Shown one piece after another: positions 62,147 to 64,000 of a stretch of 64,000 nucleotides of DNA (its first letter is position 1; each line of letters begins with the position of its first letter). Position numbers and translations under genes: made by a program. Source of the stretch: Azolla caroliniana (lineage: Eukaryota > Plantae > Polypodiophyta); contig JBHGNT010000015.1 in assembly GCA_043228905.1 (NCBI GenBank), positions 11,160,001 through 11,224,000 on the forward strand, in the 5' to 3' direction. The notes under the pieces were generated by a model. The model ran no database searches. It worked only from the letters and a program-made list of their open reading frames with translations, and was not told where the DNA came from.

Positions 62147-64000
62147 TGTGTATTAATTACCAACGCTTGAATAAAGTGACGATCAAGAATTCATATCCAT
62201 TGCCCCAGGCTGACAATCTAATTGACCGTCTCTAGGGAGTTTGGTATTTTATAAAACTTGATCTCCGTACTGACTACCATCAAATTCGTATAAGTGAGGA
62301 CGATGTTCCTAAAATGGCATTTCGTACGTGCTATGGCCATTATTAGTTTTTGGTTATGCCTTTTGGTTTGACCAATGCTCCGACTACATTTCAACAATAA
62401 ATGAATGACATTTTCTGAGAACAACTTGGAAAATTTGTCGTTATTTTCTTGGATAATATTTTAGTTTATAGCCGTACATTTCAAGAACATGCTAAACATG
62501 TCCGCTTTGTTTTACAAACATTGCATGACAAACAGTTTTATGTGAAGATCTCAAAATGTGAGTTCTTCAAGAAATCAATTACTTATCTTGGACATCTCAT
62601 AACCGAACGAGGACTTGAAATTGATCCTTCTCGCATCGAGAAAATCAAGCTTTGACCCACTCTTCGGAATATTCGTGAAGTTCGATCATTCCTTGGTTTT
62701 GTCGAGTTTTTTCGAAAATCCCTTCATAATTACTCCCAATTGACGACGCCGTTTACTGATCTTCTAAAAGGTCAAACGCGTAAGTCTACAAAACCTATTG
62801 TCTGGAATGCCACACTAGACCTCACCTTTAAGGAACTCAAGGACTTGGTGTGCAAGGTTCCTTCGCTTCTTTTAGCTGTTCCTTCAAAACCTTTTGAGGT
62901 TGAAACCGATGCAAGCGATTATGCTATTGGTGTTGTCTTATATCAAGATGGTAAACCAATAGCATTCGAGAGTAAGAAACTTGATTCTGCTCAATGTCAG
63001 TATACCGTTTAAGAAAAGGAGTTATTTGCAGTTATACATGCACTCCAAACATGGCATCATTATCTTTATGGAAATCGTTTTGTGGTAACTACGGACAAGA
63101 CCTGAAAGGTCGTAAGGAAAGATGGGCTGATCTCATGCAGGACTTTGATTTTTCCATACGATATCGTAAAGGTTCCATGAACATTGTCGTGGATGCACTA
63201 AGTCGCATCCGTGAAGTTAACATGCTTAACTTCACTAAAATAACATTAGATCTTTATGATCACCTTTGAGGAAAGTATCTTGATGACAGTTATCTTGCGA
63301 AATATTGGGCAAGAGTTGAGTTTGGAACAGACACCACCACATCCTCGAAGGAATACTTCCACATTGCTAATGGTCTGCTCTACCGTAATGGGAAGGTTTG
63401 TGTTCTAGATTTGCCTGAGGTCAAAAAGAGAATTATTTTTGAATGCCATGATGCACCCTCTGCGGGGCACCCTGGAATACATCGTACACTCGTTCTCATC
63501 TCCACTCAATTCTATTGGCCTAAGATGCGTACTGACATACATAGCTATGTGACTAAATGTCACCAATGTCAGGTTAACAAAGTTGAGCGACTTTAAGCCG
63601 CAGGACTTTTACATCCCTCGGACATTCCCAATAATAAGTGGGAAAGTATATCCATGGATTTTATTGCTAGTCTTCCTCGCATCCAAAAAGGCCATGATGC
63701 CATCTGGGTTGTGGTTGATAGACTAACTAAAATAGCCAAATTTATTGCTACGAAAACCACGGTGACAACTCCTGAATTGGCTTACCAATTCGTTGACGAG
63801 TTATTTCGTTTTTATGGGTTACCGATGGATATCGTGAGTGATCGAGATCCAAAGTTTACTAGTGACTTCTAGACGCAAGTCTTTAAGAAGTTAGAAACTA
63901 CGTTGAGCATGAGCTCCACAAATCATCCTCAATCCGATGGACAGACAGAATGAGTAAATCAAATTATTGAGGACATGCTTCAAGCATACGTTGGTACAAA

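Larger units (their letters stand above)
57983..64000 (+). mobile_element. Ty3/gypsy element (chromovirus-like, tRNA-iMet primed): 5' LTR, long leader, gag, PR, RT, RH, INT; runs off the window
   Basis: LTR TGTTAC 57983 to ~58442, PBS TGGTATCAGAGC at 58445. Gag with CIFCRKKGHTKEQC, RT, RH ETDASDYAIG, INT HDAPSAGHPG and SDRDPKFTS. Confidence 0.92.

Overview
Repeat-rich plant nuclear DNA, probably from a fern or other seed-free vascular plant (inferred from the Tcn1-type chromoviruses and overall TE repertoire, not verified). Two host genes lie divergently in the first 18 kb: an intronless RLP44-like LRR receptor-like protein (- strand) and a 9-exon mitochondrial K+/H+ exchange-related protein like At1g53760 (+ strand). 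The second gene has a GC-AG intron and a 5.75-kb intron holding a decayed LINE and two hAT MITEs. From about 19.9 kb onward the window is a nest of Ty1/copia and Ty3/gypsy elements, with a 2.6-kb local duplication and an intron-split Sola2-like transposase. The most notable signals are: (i) tRNA-like A-box/B-box Pol III modules at fixed positions in the LTRs of Tcn1-like elements and in another repeat; (ii) a Tf1-style self-priming PBS in the same Tcn1-like elements; (iii) a 1.15-kb array of the palindrome TAGCTAATTAGCTA filling the transposase intron; (iv) a 56-bp-periodic hairpin array with variable spacers in a gypsy 5' leader. Family assignments come from motif recognition, not database searches.
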